A stretch of DNA of 25,119 nucleotides from Pirellulales bacterium (GTDB taxonomy: Bacteria > Planctomycetota > Planctomycetia > Pirellulales > JAICIG01). The translations under genes were made by a program, and so were the position numbers. This document shows positions 8,910 through 16,600 of the stretch, in pieces (the first letter of the stretch is position 1; the number at the start of each line of letters is the position of its first letter). The stretch is from the NCBI GenBank assembly GCA_040901675.1, contig JBBDYJ010000031.1, positions 1 through 25,119 on the forward strand, in the 5' to 3' direction. The notes under the pieces were generated by a model. The model was not told the DNA's origin, searched no databases, and saw only the letters and a program-made list of their open reading frames with translations.

Positions 8910-8939
8910 TTGACAGTTTCGTTCGCGACTCGGTAGAGT
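8910..8939 (+). promoter_or_regulatory. Putative sigma70 promoter upstream of pilM
   Basis: TTGACA-N18-TAGAGT preceded by a T-tract. Confidence 0.45.
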
Positions 8940-9082
8940 ACCGTTTGAGGCGGTTCGTGCGCCGGGCAATTCATTACCCATCCTCGACCATCTTCTTTGG
9001 TCTCCGGCAGCGGGCCCCCGCGGATCGGCGCGATCCGAAAACGGACAGAGTCATAAGAGCGAACAGAGCTTGAGGGAAGCCC

Positions 9083-11461
9083 ATGGCGAGAAGCGACGCC
9101 GTATGGGGCATCGACATTGGACAGTGCGCGCTGAAGGCCCTGCGCGGCCGCCCGCACGAGGATCCCAAGCGGGTTACCGCCGATGCCTTCGACTACATCG
9201 AGTACCCCAAGATTCTCAGCCAGCCGGACGTCGATCCGGCCGAGTTGGTGCGCGACGCGCTAAAGCAGTTTCTCTCGCGCAACTCGGTCCGGGGCGACCG
9301 GGTGGTGATTTCCGTATCCGGCCAGAGCGGCCTGGCGCGGTTCATCAAGCTGCCGCCGGTCGAGAGCAAGAAAATACCGGACATCGTCAAGTACGAGGCC
9401 CGCCAGCAGATCCCCTTCGCCCTGGATGACGTGGTCTGGGATTATCAGCAGATGGTGGGCGGCAGCGTGGTCGAAGGCTTTGCCATGGAGACCGAGGTGG
9501 GCCTGTTCGCCATGAAGCGCGACCAGGTCGTCCGGGCACTCAAGCCTTTCAGCGAGGCGGGGATCGAGGTCGACATCATTCAGCTCACGCCGCTGGCGCT
9601 GTTCAACTTTGCGGCCTTCGATCAGATGCGCGACCTGCCGCCGCCGGACGAATACGATCCGGACAACCCGCCGGAGTCGTTGGTGCTGCTGTCGCTGGGC
9701 ACCGACACGACCGACCTGGTGGTGACCAACGGCTTTCGCGTCTGGCAGCGGAGCATTCCGATCGGCGGCAACCACTTCACCAAGGCGCTGACCAAGGATC
9801 TCAAGCTCACGTTTGCCACGGCCGAGCACCTCAAGCGCAACGCCTCCCAGGCCGACGATCCCAAGGCGCTGTTTCAGGCGATGCGGCCGGTGTTCAACGA
9901 CCTGTTGACCGAGGTGCAGCGCTCGATCGGCTACTTCACGAACCTGGACCGGCGGGCCAAGATCGGCCGCGGATTGGCCCTGGGCAACGCCATGAAGCTG
10001 CCTGGTTTGCAGCGCTACCTGGCGCAGAACCTGGGCTTCGACCTGGGGCGGCTGGAGTCGTTCCGGGGGCTTTCCGGCACGGCGGTGGTCGATGCACCGG
10101 CCTTCAAGGAAAACGTGCTGGGCTTCGGCGTCTGTTATGGCCTGGCACTGCAGGGTCTGCGCGACACAAAGATCAAGACCAACCTGTTGCCGCGGGAGAT
10201 CGCCAAGGACCGCCTGATCCGCGGCAAGAAGCCTTGGGCCATTGGCGCGGCGGCGGCGCTGTTGTTGGGGCTGACGGTGAGCTACGTCAGCCACGTGCGG
10301 GCGGCGCAGTCGGTTTCGCTGGACGACAGCTACTTCAAGCCGGCGGTCGACCAGGCCAATCAAGTCGTCAACCAGGCCAAGGAATATGAGACCAAATATG
10401 AGGCGGCCAAGAAGGACTACGGCAGGACGGGCGAGATCGGCACGGGCTTGATTCTTAACGTGGCCAACCGTGATGTTTGGCTCAGGATCATCAAAGCGAT
10501 CAACCTCTGTCTGCCGCAGGTCAACCCGGGCCATCGGGGCGAACGGCCGGACGACCTCACCCAGCGAAACGAGGTGGTGATTGCCTCGGTCGAGTGTTGG
10601 CGGGTGGAACGGCTCGAAAATTGGTACGCAAGTGTCAAGGACAAGGCAGTCGTTGCCAAGGCGCCGGCCGACCAGAAGCCAGCGGCCCCGAACGCGGCCG
10701 ACGGCGGCGCTCCCGCCGCCGAAACGGGGCCCGCGCCTGAAGCCGCCGCGCCCGCCGCCGACGCATCGACGGGTCCGACGGGACCGGGCTGGATCTTCGA
10801 GCTCACGGGGCACCATTTCCACAACCAGAAGAACGATATAGAGAATCAAGGCGCCCAGTACCTGCGCAACACGCTGTTGAGAAACCTGCGGCAAAAGCGG
10901 ATCGCCATTCCGCCCGATCAACGGCGCCCGGGCGAAAGCACGACGTTTCCGGTCGGCGAATTCGGCATCGGCCATCCGGTGTTGACCGTCGATACCCGGC
11001 CCGATTGGAGATACCAACTGGAGGTGGATGACCCCGACGCCGAGCAAGAGCGTGCACAACCCGGGGCGGCCGCAGGGAAAAAGAAGCTAATTACGGCCCC
11101 GCGATACGACTTCGTCGTCCAGTTTTGCTGGAAGGAGCCGGCGATCGAGAATCCCGCCCTGGTCGCCGATGGCCAGCCCGCCGCGGCCGATGGCCAGGCG
11201 GCCGCTCCGGCGGCGGATGCCGTCGAGGCAAACCCCGAACCATCCGAAGCCGCCGGCCCGGCCGGTCACGAACAGCACCCAGGACATCCGGCCGCCGCCG
11301 ATGCGGTCCCGGCTGATGCACCGCCGCCAGCGGAAGTCGTCGGCGACGAGCCCGCGGATCCCGTTGAAGCTGAACCATCTGAACCGTCCGGCGATTCGGA
11401 CGAGCCGGCCGAGGCCGCCGAATCCGCCGGCGAGCAAGCCGATCCTGCCCAACCGAACTAG
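9083..11461 (+). CDS. pilM: Type IV pilus assembly protein PilM fused to a PilN-like membrane/periplasmic part (792 aa)
   Basis: Actin-like start WGIDIGQCALKA, YEARQQIPF, RSIPIGGNHFT, EVQRSIGYF; then TNLLP (PilN INLLP-like motif), a TM helix, coiled coil and acidic Ala/Pro tail. Confidence 0.88.
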   Translation: MARSDAVWGIDIGQCALKALRGRPHEDPKRVTADAFDYIEYPKILSQPDVDPAELVRDALKQFLSRNSVRGDRVVISVSGQSGLARFIKLPPVESKKIPDIVKYEARQQIPFALDDVVWDYQQMVGGSVVEGFAMETEVGLFAMKRDQVVRALKPFSEAGIEVDIIQLTPLALFNFAAFDQMRDLPPPDEYDPDNPPESLVLLSLGTDTTDLVVTNGFRVWQRSIPIGGNHFTKALTKDLKLTFATAEHLKRNASQADDPKALFQAMRPVFNDLLTEVQRSIGYFTNLDRRAKIGRGLALGNAMKLPGLQRYLAQNLGFDLGRLESFRGLSGTAVVDAPAFKENVLGFGVCYGLALQGLRDTKIKTNLLPREIAKDRLIRGKKPWAIGAAAALLLGLTVSYVSHVRAAQSVSLDDSYFKPAVDQANQVVNQAKEYETKYEAAKKDYGRTGEIGTGLILNVANRDVWLRIIKAINLCLPQVNPGHRGERPDDLTQRNEVVIASVECWRVERLENWYASVKDKAVVAKAPADQKPAAPNAADGGAPAAETGPAPEAAAPAADASTGPTGPGWIFELTGHHFHNQKNDIENQGAQYLRNTLLRNLRQKRIAIPPDQRRPGESTTFPVGEFGIGHPVLTVDTRPDWRYQLEVDDPDAEQERAQPGAAAGKKKLITAPRYDFVVQFCWKEPAIENPALVADGQPAAADGQAAAPAADAVEANPEPSEAAGPAGHEQHPGHPAAADAVPADAPPPAEVVGDEPADPVEAEPSEPSGDSDEPAEAAESAGEQADPAQPN

Positions 11462-11479
11462 CTGTTCCAGGAGCCAACC

Positions 11480-13060
11480 ATGGATAAGGGAAAGATATAT
11501 CTTGCCGTCCTCAAGAAGCACCATTTCTGGGTGCTTTGCGGTGTCGTGGCGATCGTGGCATTTGCCTCCTGGTCGGCCGCCTCCTCCAGCCTCTCGGAGT
11601 TGTTCGAAACAAATAGGCGGCAGATCGACGCGGTCCATGATTCGGTGGAGCAGATTGGCGCCGATCCGAACGCCCTGTTGCCCAACGAGGATTTCGCGAA
11701 AACAGTCCAGGATCTGCACGAGCAACTCAAAAACGAGGTCTTTGAGGCGTGGGAGGAGCTGTACCGCAGGCAGGAAGGCTTGCTGGAATGGCCTGATGAC
11801 GTTGCCGCAATCGCCGACATTCCGCCGCCGCAAGAGATTGATCGCCATCTGCGTGAATTGTATCGCGACAACGTGGTGTTGGCTGAATGGCAGCGCGTGT
11901 TCGAGATCGTCGACCTGCGCCGGCAGAAGGTCGAGGAAGCCGACGATGCGGCGGAGCCGATGGAACGCGGCGGGCGCCCCGAGATCCAATACGAGGGCCT
12001 GGTTTCCTGGCCGGATAATGACCGCTACAGTATTGTCCAGCGCTATCTTACAGCATCCACTCCTTCCACGAACCGGGTGCGCTTGACCCAGGAAGACCTG
12101 TGGGTCTTTGAGGCCCTGGCCAATATCGTCGTTAGCACCAACGACGGAGCCACCGATGCACTCAACGCACCGATCAAGGGGATCGAGTCGCTCGACGTGG
12201 CCCAGTTTGCCATGCAAGGTGCGGGGGACGGCGGTTCGACCGGCAGCGGCGGTGGCATGGCCGGCGGTGGTATGGGTGGCATGGCCGGCGGTATGGGTGG
12301 CATGGCCGGCGGCATGGGTGGCATGGCTGGTGGCGGTGCGGGCGATGCTCAAGGTGGAGACGCGGCGGCGGCGTCCGCGAAATCGGAAGACGACAAGCTC
12401 TTGATAGGCCGCTATCTGGACGAAAGGGGACGGCCGATTGACTTTAATGCTCCCCAGCCGTTCGCTGAGTTCAAGCAGATATTCGTTCGGATGAAGTTCG
12501 TGATGGACCAGCGGCGCATCCCCGACCTTTTGGCTCAATGCGCCAACGCCCCAATTCCGGTTGAGGTCAGGCGTGTACGCATCACGTTTGGACTTAGCGG
12601 CGGCGACGTCACCCGGCTTGCTGGTGGCCAGGCGGGCGGTGGAGGCGGCGGTAACATGGGCGGCATGGCCGGCGGCGGCATGGGCGGCATGGCCGGCGGT
12701 ATGGGTGGCATGGCCGGCGGCATGGGCGGCATGGCCGGCGGCATGGGTGGCATGGCCGGCGGTATGGGCGGCATGGCCGGCGGTATGGGCGGCATGGCTG
12801 GCGGCATGGGTGGCATGGCCGGCGGCCGTATGGGTGGCATGGCGGGCGGTAGGGGCGGCATGGCGGGCGGCGGTATGGGCGGCGGTGGCGGTATGGCGTC
12901 CAGTGTGCCCGTCGAGACCGGCCCCTACGACGCGGTGGTCGAGGTCTGCGGCGTCGTCTACATTTACAACAGGCCCGAAAAGGAAAAGCTGGGAACGGGC
13001 AGCGCCGCGGACCCAAGCCAGAGAGTCTTCGCCTTACCCCAGGCGGCCGCCGGGAGTTGA
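11480..13060 (+). CDS. Membrane-anchored protein with Gly/Met repeats, possible PilO-position component (526 aa)
   Basis: AGGAG RBS; N-terminal TM FWVLCGVVAIVAFASW, coiled coil, two (GGMGGMA)n tracts; 18 nt after pilM. The PilO role rests on gene position only. Confidence 0.7.
   Translation: MDKGKIYLAVLKKHHFWVLCGVVAIVAFASWSAASSSLSELFETNRRQIDAVHDSVEQIGADPNALLPNEDFAKTVQDLHEQLKNEVFEAWEELYRRQEGLLEWPDDVAAIADIPPPQEIDRHLRELYRDNVVLAEWQRVFEIVDLRRQKVEEADDAAEPMERGGRPEIQYEGLVSWPDNDRYSIVQRYLTASTPSTNRVRLTQEDLWVFEALANIVVSTNDGATDALNAPIKGIESLDVAQFAMQGAGDGGSTGSGGGMAGGGMGGMAGGMGGMAGGMGGMAGGGAGDAQGGDAAAASAKSEDDKLLIGRYLDERGRPIDFNAPQPFAEFKQIFVRMKFVMDQRRIPDLLAQCANAPIPVEVRRVRITFGLSGGDVTRLAGGQAGGGGGGNMGGMAGGGMGGMAGGMGGMAGGMGGMAGGMGGMAGGMGGMAGGMGGMAGGMGGMAGGRMGGMAGGRGGMAGGGMGGGGGMASSVPVETGPYDAVVEVCGVVYIYNRPEKEKLGTGSAADPSQRVFALPQAAAGS
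12248..12337 (+). repeat. In-frame 21-bp coding repeat (GGMGGMA), block 1
   Basis: GGYATGGGYGGCATGGCYGGY units. Confidence 0.9.
12656..12898 (+). repeat. In-frame 21-bp coding repeat (GGMGGMA), block 2, about 10 units
   Basis: Same unit with synonymous third-position variation. Confidence 0.9.
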
Positions 13061-13159
13061 GCGGAATCTCTCTGAAGCGACGCAAGCTGACGGACACAGG
13101 CCCCGCGGGGCCGTCAAGCGCCGGCCCCATCGGCCGGACAATACCAGGAGGCGCGAAGC

Positions 13160-15163
13160 ATGAAAGCCAAGTTGAATCTGGACCAGGCCAAGATCAAGCA
13201 GTTCTTCCTGCTGCACGCGGAGAAGATCGTCTTCGGCGCCGTGCTGATTTGTTTCTTTTGGCTCTGTTACTCCGCATTGAACCTGAAGCCATACCAGCGG
13301 CGGCCGGAGGATCTCCTCAAGCTGGCGGCGGACCGCCAGGAGAGGATCCGGACCTCCGAGGTGGACATGGATAAGGTGGGCATCCGGATCCCCCCCTTCA
13401 CGCAGATGGCGCGAGTTGCCAACAAGACGATCGACCCGCAATGGTATCCCCTGGTGCCATTTGATCCCGCGTCGGGCGAGATAAGAACGCGCCGCGGTGA
13501 GCCAAAGTACGTGGCAGTGGGCGCGTTGATCGCTAAACCCGGCTATGGTGCCATCGCCTGGTCCGAGCAAGGCGGGCATTGGCAACCGCCCGGTGCCTTG
13601 GCGGGCGGCGCCGGAGGCGCCGGCGCGGTAGGTGGCTTGGGTGCCGGCATGGGCGAAGGGATGGGAGAGCGTGGCGGCATGGGCGCCGGCATGGGTGCCG
13701 GCATGGAAGGGATGAGAGGCGGTGCCGGCATGGAGGGGATGAGAGGCGGTGCCGGCATGGAAGGGAGAGGCGGTGCCGGCATGGAAGGGATGGGAGGCGG
13801 TGCCGGCATGGAGGGGATGAGAGGCGGTGCCGGCATAGGAGGGAGAGGCATGCAGCCGGGTACCACCAAGGGGAAGGCTGCTGCTCGACGCAGGCAAAAA
13901 GAAGAGGAAGAAAAGCCCACCACACCCACCACTCCGGCCGAGCAGCGGCTGGTTCCATTGCCTTCTGGCGCCGAGCCTAGGGGGATGCAATGGGTGGCGG
14001 TGATGGGGCTCGTGCCCACCTGGGAACAGGCCGGCGAGTATCGCAAAGTCTTCCAGAATGCGACCGCCGTCAGTATTGACGTTCCCATGTATTACAATTT
14101 CGAGGTTCAAATCCAGCCAGACGGTGAAGGCGATTGGATCGACGTGCCGGTCGACCAGATATTGATCGACATCATCGACCATTACGCAACGAACCATCCG
14201 GAGGTAATCGATCCCAACTACGTTGAACCGCTGGTTTGCGATCCGATTCCGCCCGTAGTATCGAAGAACCTCGATCCTCGCTCCGTCTCTCACCCGGACA
14301 TCCCGTTGGCCGTTAAGTTCGCCGCCCCGGCGCCGGCGGCCGCGAAGGAGGACGAAAAGCCCGCCGAGGAGAAGGCCACTCCACTGTCGCGGTCCCAGAG
14401 AGCGCGCAGACCGGCGGCGGCAACCGCCAGCCGGAGCGCTCGCGCGGCAACCTCGGCGTCTCCAAGAATTGAATACAAGCAGTTCCGCTTCTTCGATTTC
14501 ACGGTCGAGCCGGGCAAGACCTACCGCTACCGCGTGCGGCTGGTGCTCCGCAATCCGAACTACGGAGTCGCCGCCAGGTACCTGGAAAGCAAGGACCTGG
14601 CAGTGGGAGAAACGCGCCTTACGGAATGGAGCGAGCCGACCGAGAAGGTTTTCGTCCCGCACGGCAGCGAAATCCTGGCGGGCGAGGTCAATCCAGCCTC
14701 CGGTTCGAGAGATGCCACGGTCAGCCTGATGGTCAGCCAGTTCGAAAAGGAGAAGGGAGTTGAAGTGGCGCGGCTGTTCAACGTGCCGCGCGGAACCTTC
14801 GCCAACTTTTCCGAGGAAGTGCCGGTGCCCAGCCCGCGGGGAGCCCCTTCGATGGGCGAGGCACGGTTCGCCACCGACTCGCTGATCGTCGACTTCATCG
14901 GCGGCGAGCGCCTGCTGCTGGGCGGCAAACCCAAAAAGAGCCCTGGGCGGCTGCTGGTGCTCGGCCCCGACGGCAACCTGGCCATCCGCAGCCAGGTCAA
15001 GGACTTAACCGGTTTTGAAGCCGAGTTGAAGCGGCAGGAGGATCTCAAGAGGCGGGCCGAAGGCCGCAGCGATGGGTCGGCCGATAAGGGCGACAAACAG
15101 TCGGATCCATTCAGCGACTTCGGGAACCTGAAACCCGGCGGCGGCAAAAAGAGCCGACGCTAG
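13160..15163 (+). CDS. Membrane-anchored hypothetical protein with Gly/Met repeats and an FN3-like strand motif (667 aa)
   Basis: AGGAGG RBS; N-terminal TM IVFGAVLICFFWLCYSAL; (GAGMEGMRG)n; FRFFDFTVEPGKTYRYRVRL. Confidence 0.7.
   Translation: MKAKLNLDQAKIKQFFLLHAEKIVFGAVLICFFWLCYSALNLKPYQRRPEDLLKLAADRQERIRTSEVDMDKVGIRIPPFTQMARVANKTIDPQWYPLVPFDPASGEIRTRRGEPKYVAVGALIAKPGYGAIAWSEQGGHWQPPGALAGGAGGAGAVGGLGAGMGEGMGERGGMGAGMGAGMEGMRGGAGMEGMRGGAGMEGRGGAGMEGMGGGAGMEGMRGGAGIGGRGMQPGTTKGKAAARRRQKEEEEKPTTPTTPAEQRLVPLPSGAEPRGMQWVAVMGLVPTWEQAGEYRKVFQNATAVSIDVPMYYNFEVQIQPDGEGDWIDVPVDQILIDIIDHYATNHPEVIDPNYVEPLVCDPIPPVVSKNLDPRSVSHPDIPLAVKFAAPAPAAAKEDEKPAEEKATPLSRSQRARRPAAATASRSARAATSASPRIEYKQFRFFDFTVEPGKTYRYRVRLVLRNPNYGVAARYLESKDLAVGETRLTEWSEPTEKVFVPHGSEILAGEVNPASGSRDATVSLMVSQFEKEKGVEVARLFNVPRGTFANFSEEVPVPSPRGAPSMGEARFATDSLIVDFIGGERLLLGGKPKKSPGRLLVLGPDGNLAIRSQVKDLTGFEAELKRQEDLKRRAEGRSDGSADKGDKQSDPFSDFGNLKPGGGKKSRR
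13680..13853 (+). repeat. In-frame ~27-bp coding repeat (GAGMEGMRG)
   Basis: GGTGCCGGCATGGARGGGATGAGAGGC units, about 5 copies. Confidence 0.9.
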
Positions 15164-15174
15164 GCCCGATTCCG

Positions 15175-16410
15175 ATGTCCGATCCGTACTTCCAGAACCT
15201 CTTTGCCCAGCGGATCGGCGGCGGTGCCTACGGCAAAGGCAGCGAGATCTACAAGTTCGAAAAGATCAAGCGGGCCAAGCGCAAGGCGCTGGCCGAGCAT
15301 CCCCAGCGCCCGCTGATCGACTTCGGCATCGGTGAGAACGACGAACCGGCCGATGAGTCGGTCCGGGCCGTCATGGCGGCCGAAATTCACAAGCCCGAAA
15401 ACCGCGGCTATGCCGACAACGGCATCGCCGATTTCAAACAGGCCGCCGCCCGCTTCATGCAGCGCCACTTTGGCGTGCGCTTGGACCCCGAGCGCGAAGT
15501 GACCCACTCGATCGGCTCGAAGCCGGCCCTGGCCATGTTGCCCGCCGCCTTCATCAACCCCGGCGACGTGACGTTGATGACCGTGCCCGGATACCCGGTC
15601 GCCGGCACGCACACCCGCTACTATGGCGGGCAGGTGCACCCGTTGCCGCTGCTGGCCGAGAACGACTTCTTTCCGGACCTCGGTGCAATCCCCGCTGATG
15701 TCCGCCGGCGGGCCAAGTTGCTGGTGCTCAACTATCCCAACAGTCCCACCGGCCGCCTCGCGACCAGCGCGTTCTACGGCAAGGTGATCGAGTTTGCCCG
15801 CGAGAACCAGGTGGTGGTCGTGCAGGATGCGGCCCACATCCTGCTCACCTACGAGGGGCGGCCGCTCAGTTTCCTGTCGGTGCCCGGGGCCAAGGAAGTC
15901 GGCGTCGAGGTCCACTCGCTGTCGAAGGGATTTCATATGATCGGCTGGCGGATGGGCTGGGTCTGCGGCCACGAGCGGATCGTGCAGGCTTTCGCCGACA
16001 TCAAGGACAACAGCGATTCCGGGCAGTTCATTGCCATCCAGAAAGCGGCGGCGGCCGCACTGGACAACGACGCGATCCCCGAGCGGGTCCGCAGCAAGTA
16101 TCGGCGGCGGCTGGAGAAGCTGGTGGCCGTGCTCAGCCGTTGCGGGTTCCAGTGCCGCATGCCCGGCGGCACGTACTTTTTGTATACGGCCAGCCCGCGC
16201 GGCCTGGCCGGCGGCGTTCGTTTCGACACGGCCGAGGCGGCCAGCCAGTACCTGATCGCCGAGCACTCGATCTCGACCGTTCCCTGGGACGACGCCGGGG
16301 CCTATTTGCGTTTTTCGGTGACCTACGAAGCGGCCGACGAAAAGGCCGAAGACGCCTTGATGGCCGAGACCGAAAACCGTCTCCGCAGCATCCAACTCGT
16401 TTTCGCGTGA
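15175..16410 (+). CDS. dapL: LL-diaminopimelate aminotransferase (class I/II PLP aminotransferase, 411 aa)
   Basis: IDFGIGE, IGSKPALA, PGYPV, LNYPNSPTG, QDAAH, SLSK (PLP Lys), GWRMG, YLRFS. Confidence 0.85.
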   Translation: MSDPYFQNLFAQRIGGGAYGKGSEIYKFEKIKRAKRKALAEHPQRPLIDFGIGENDEPADESVRAVMAAEIHKPENRGYADNGIADFKQAAARFMQRHFGVRLDPEREVTHSIGSKPALAMLPAAFINPGDVTLMTVPGYPVAGTHTRYYGGQVHPLPLLAENDFFPDLGAIPADVRRRAKLLVLNYPNSPTGRLATSAFYGKVIEFARENQVVVVQDAAHILLTYEGRPLSFLSVPGAKEVGVEVHSLSKGFHMIGWRMGWVCGHERIVQAFADIKDNSDSGQFIAIQKAAAAALDNDAIPERVRSKYRRRLEKLVAVLSRCGFQCRMPGGTYFLYTASPRGLAGGVRFDTAEAASQYLIAEHSISTVPWDDAGAYLRFSVTYEAADEKAEDALMAETENRLRSIQLVFA

Positions 16411-16426
16411 GCCGTCGCCGGAGACC

Positions 16427-16537
16427 GTAGCCCGAGAGCGCCGGAATTCGGGCCGCCAGCCGCTTCACCGTCCCCGTAGCCGAATTCGCTAGAATTCGGG
16501 CCGTCCTCTTCCCCAGAACTCTGGCGAGTCCTGCTAC
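16427..16537. repeat. Cluster of family A GTAG REP-like elements with an inverted doublet (16476-16500 on +, 16513-16537 on -) and a degenerate copy at 16427
   Basis: GTAG-CCGAATTC-GCTA-GAATTCGG and GTAG-CAGGACTC-GCCA-GAGTTCTG between convergent dapL and putA. Confidence 0.85.
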
Positions 16538-16600
16538 CTCGAAAGTTCGGTCCGTGCCCGCTTCGCCAGGACGCCGGCGAGTCCTCCCTTCTCTGCCGTC

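Noticed and set aside
8766..8981. 72-aa N-terminal extension of the GH38-like ORF
   Set aside because: It spans the divergent promoter region; the ATG at 8765 is more plausible.
8945..9082. c-di-GMP riboswitch upstream of pilM
   Set aside because: Two overlapping small hairpins exist (CGGATCG/CGATCCG and TCCG/CGGA), but the GEMM-I consensus elements are absent.
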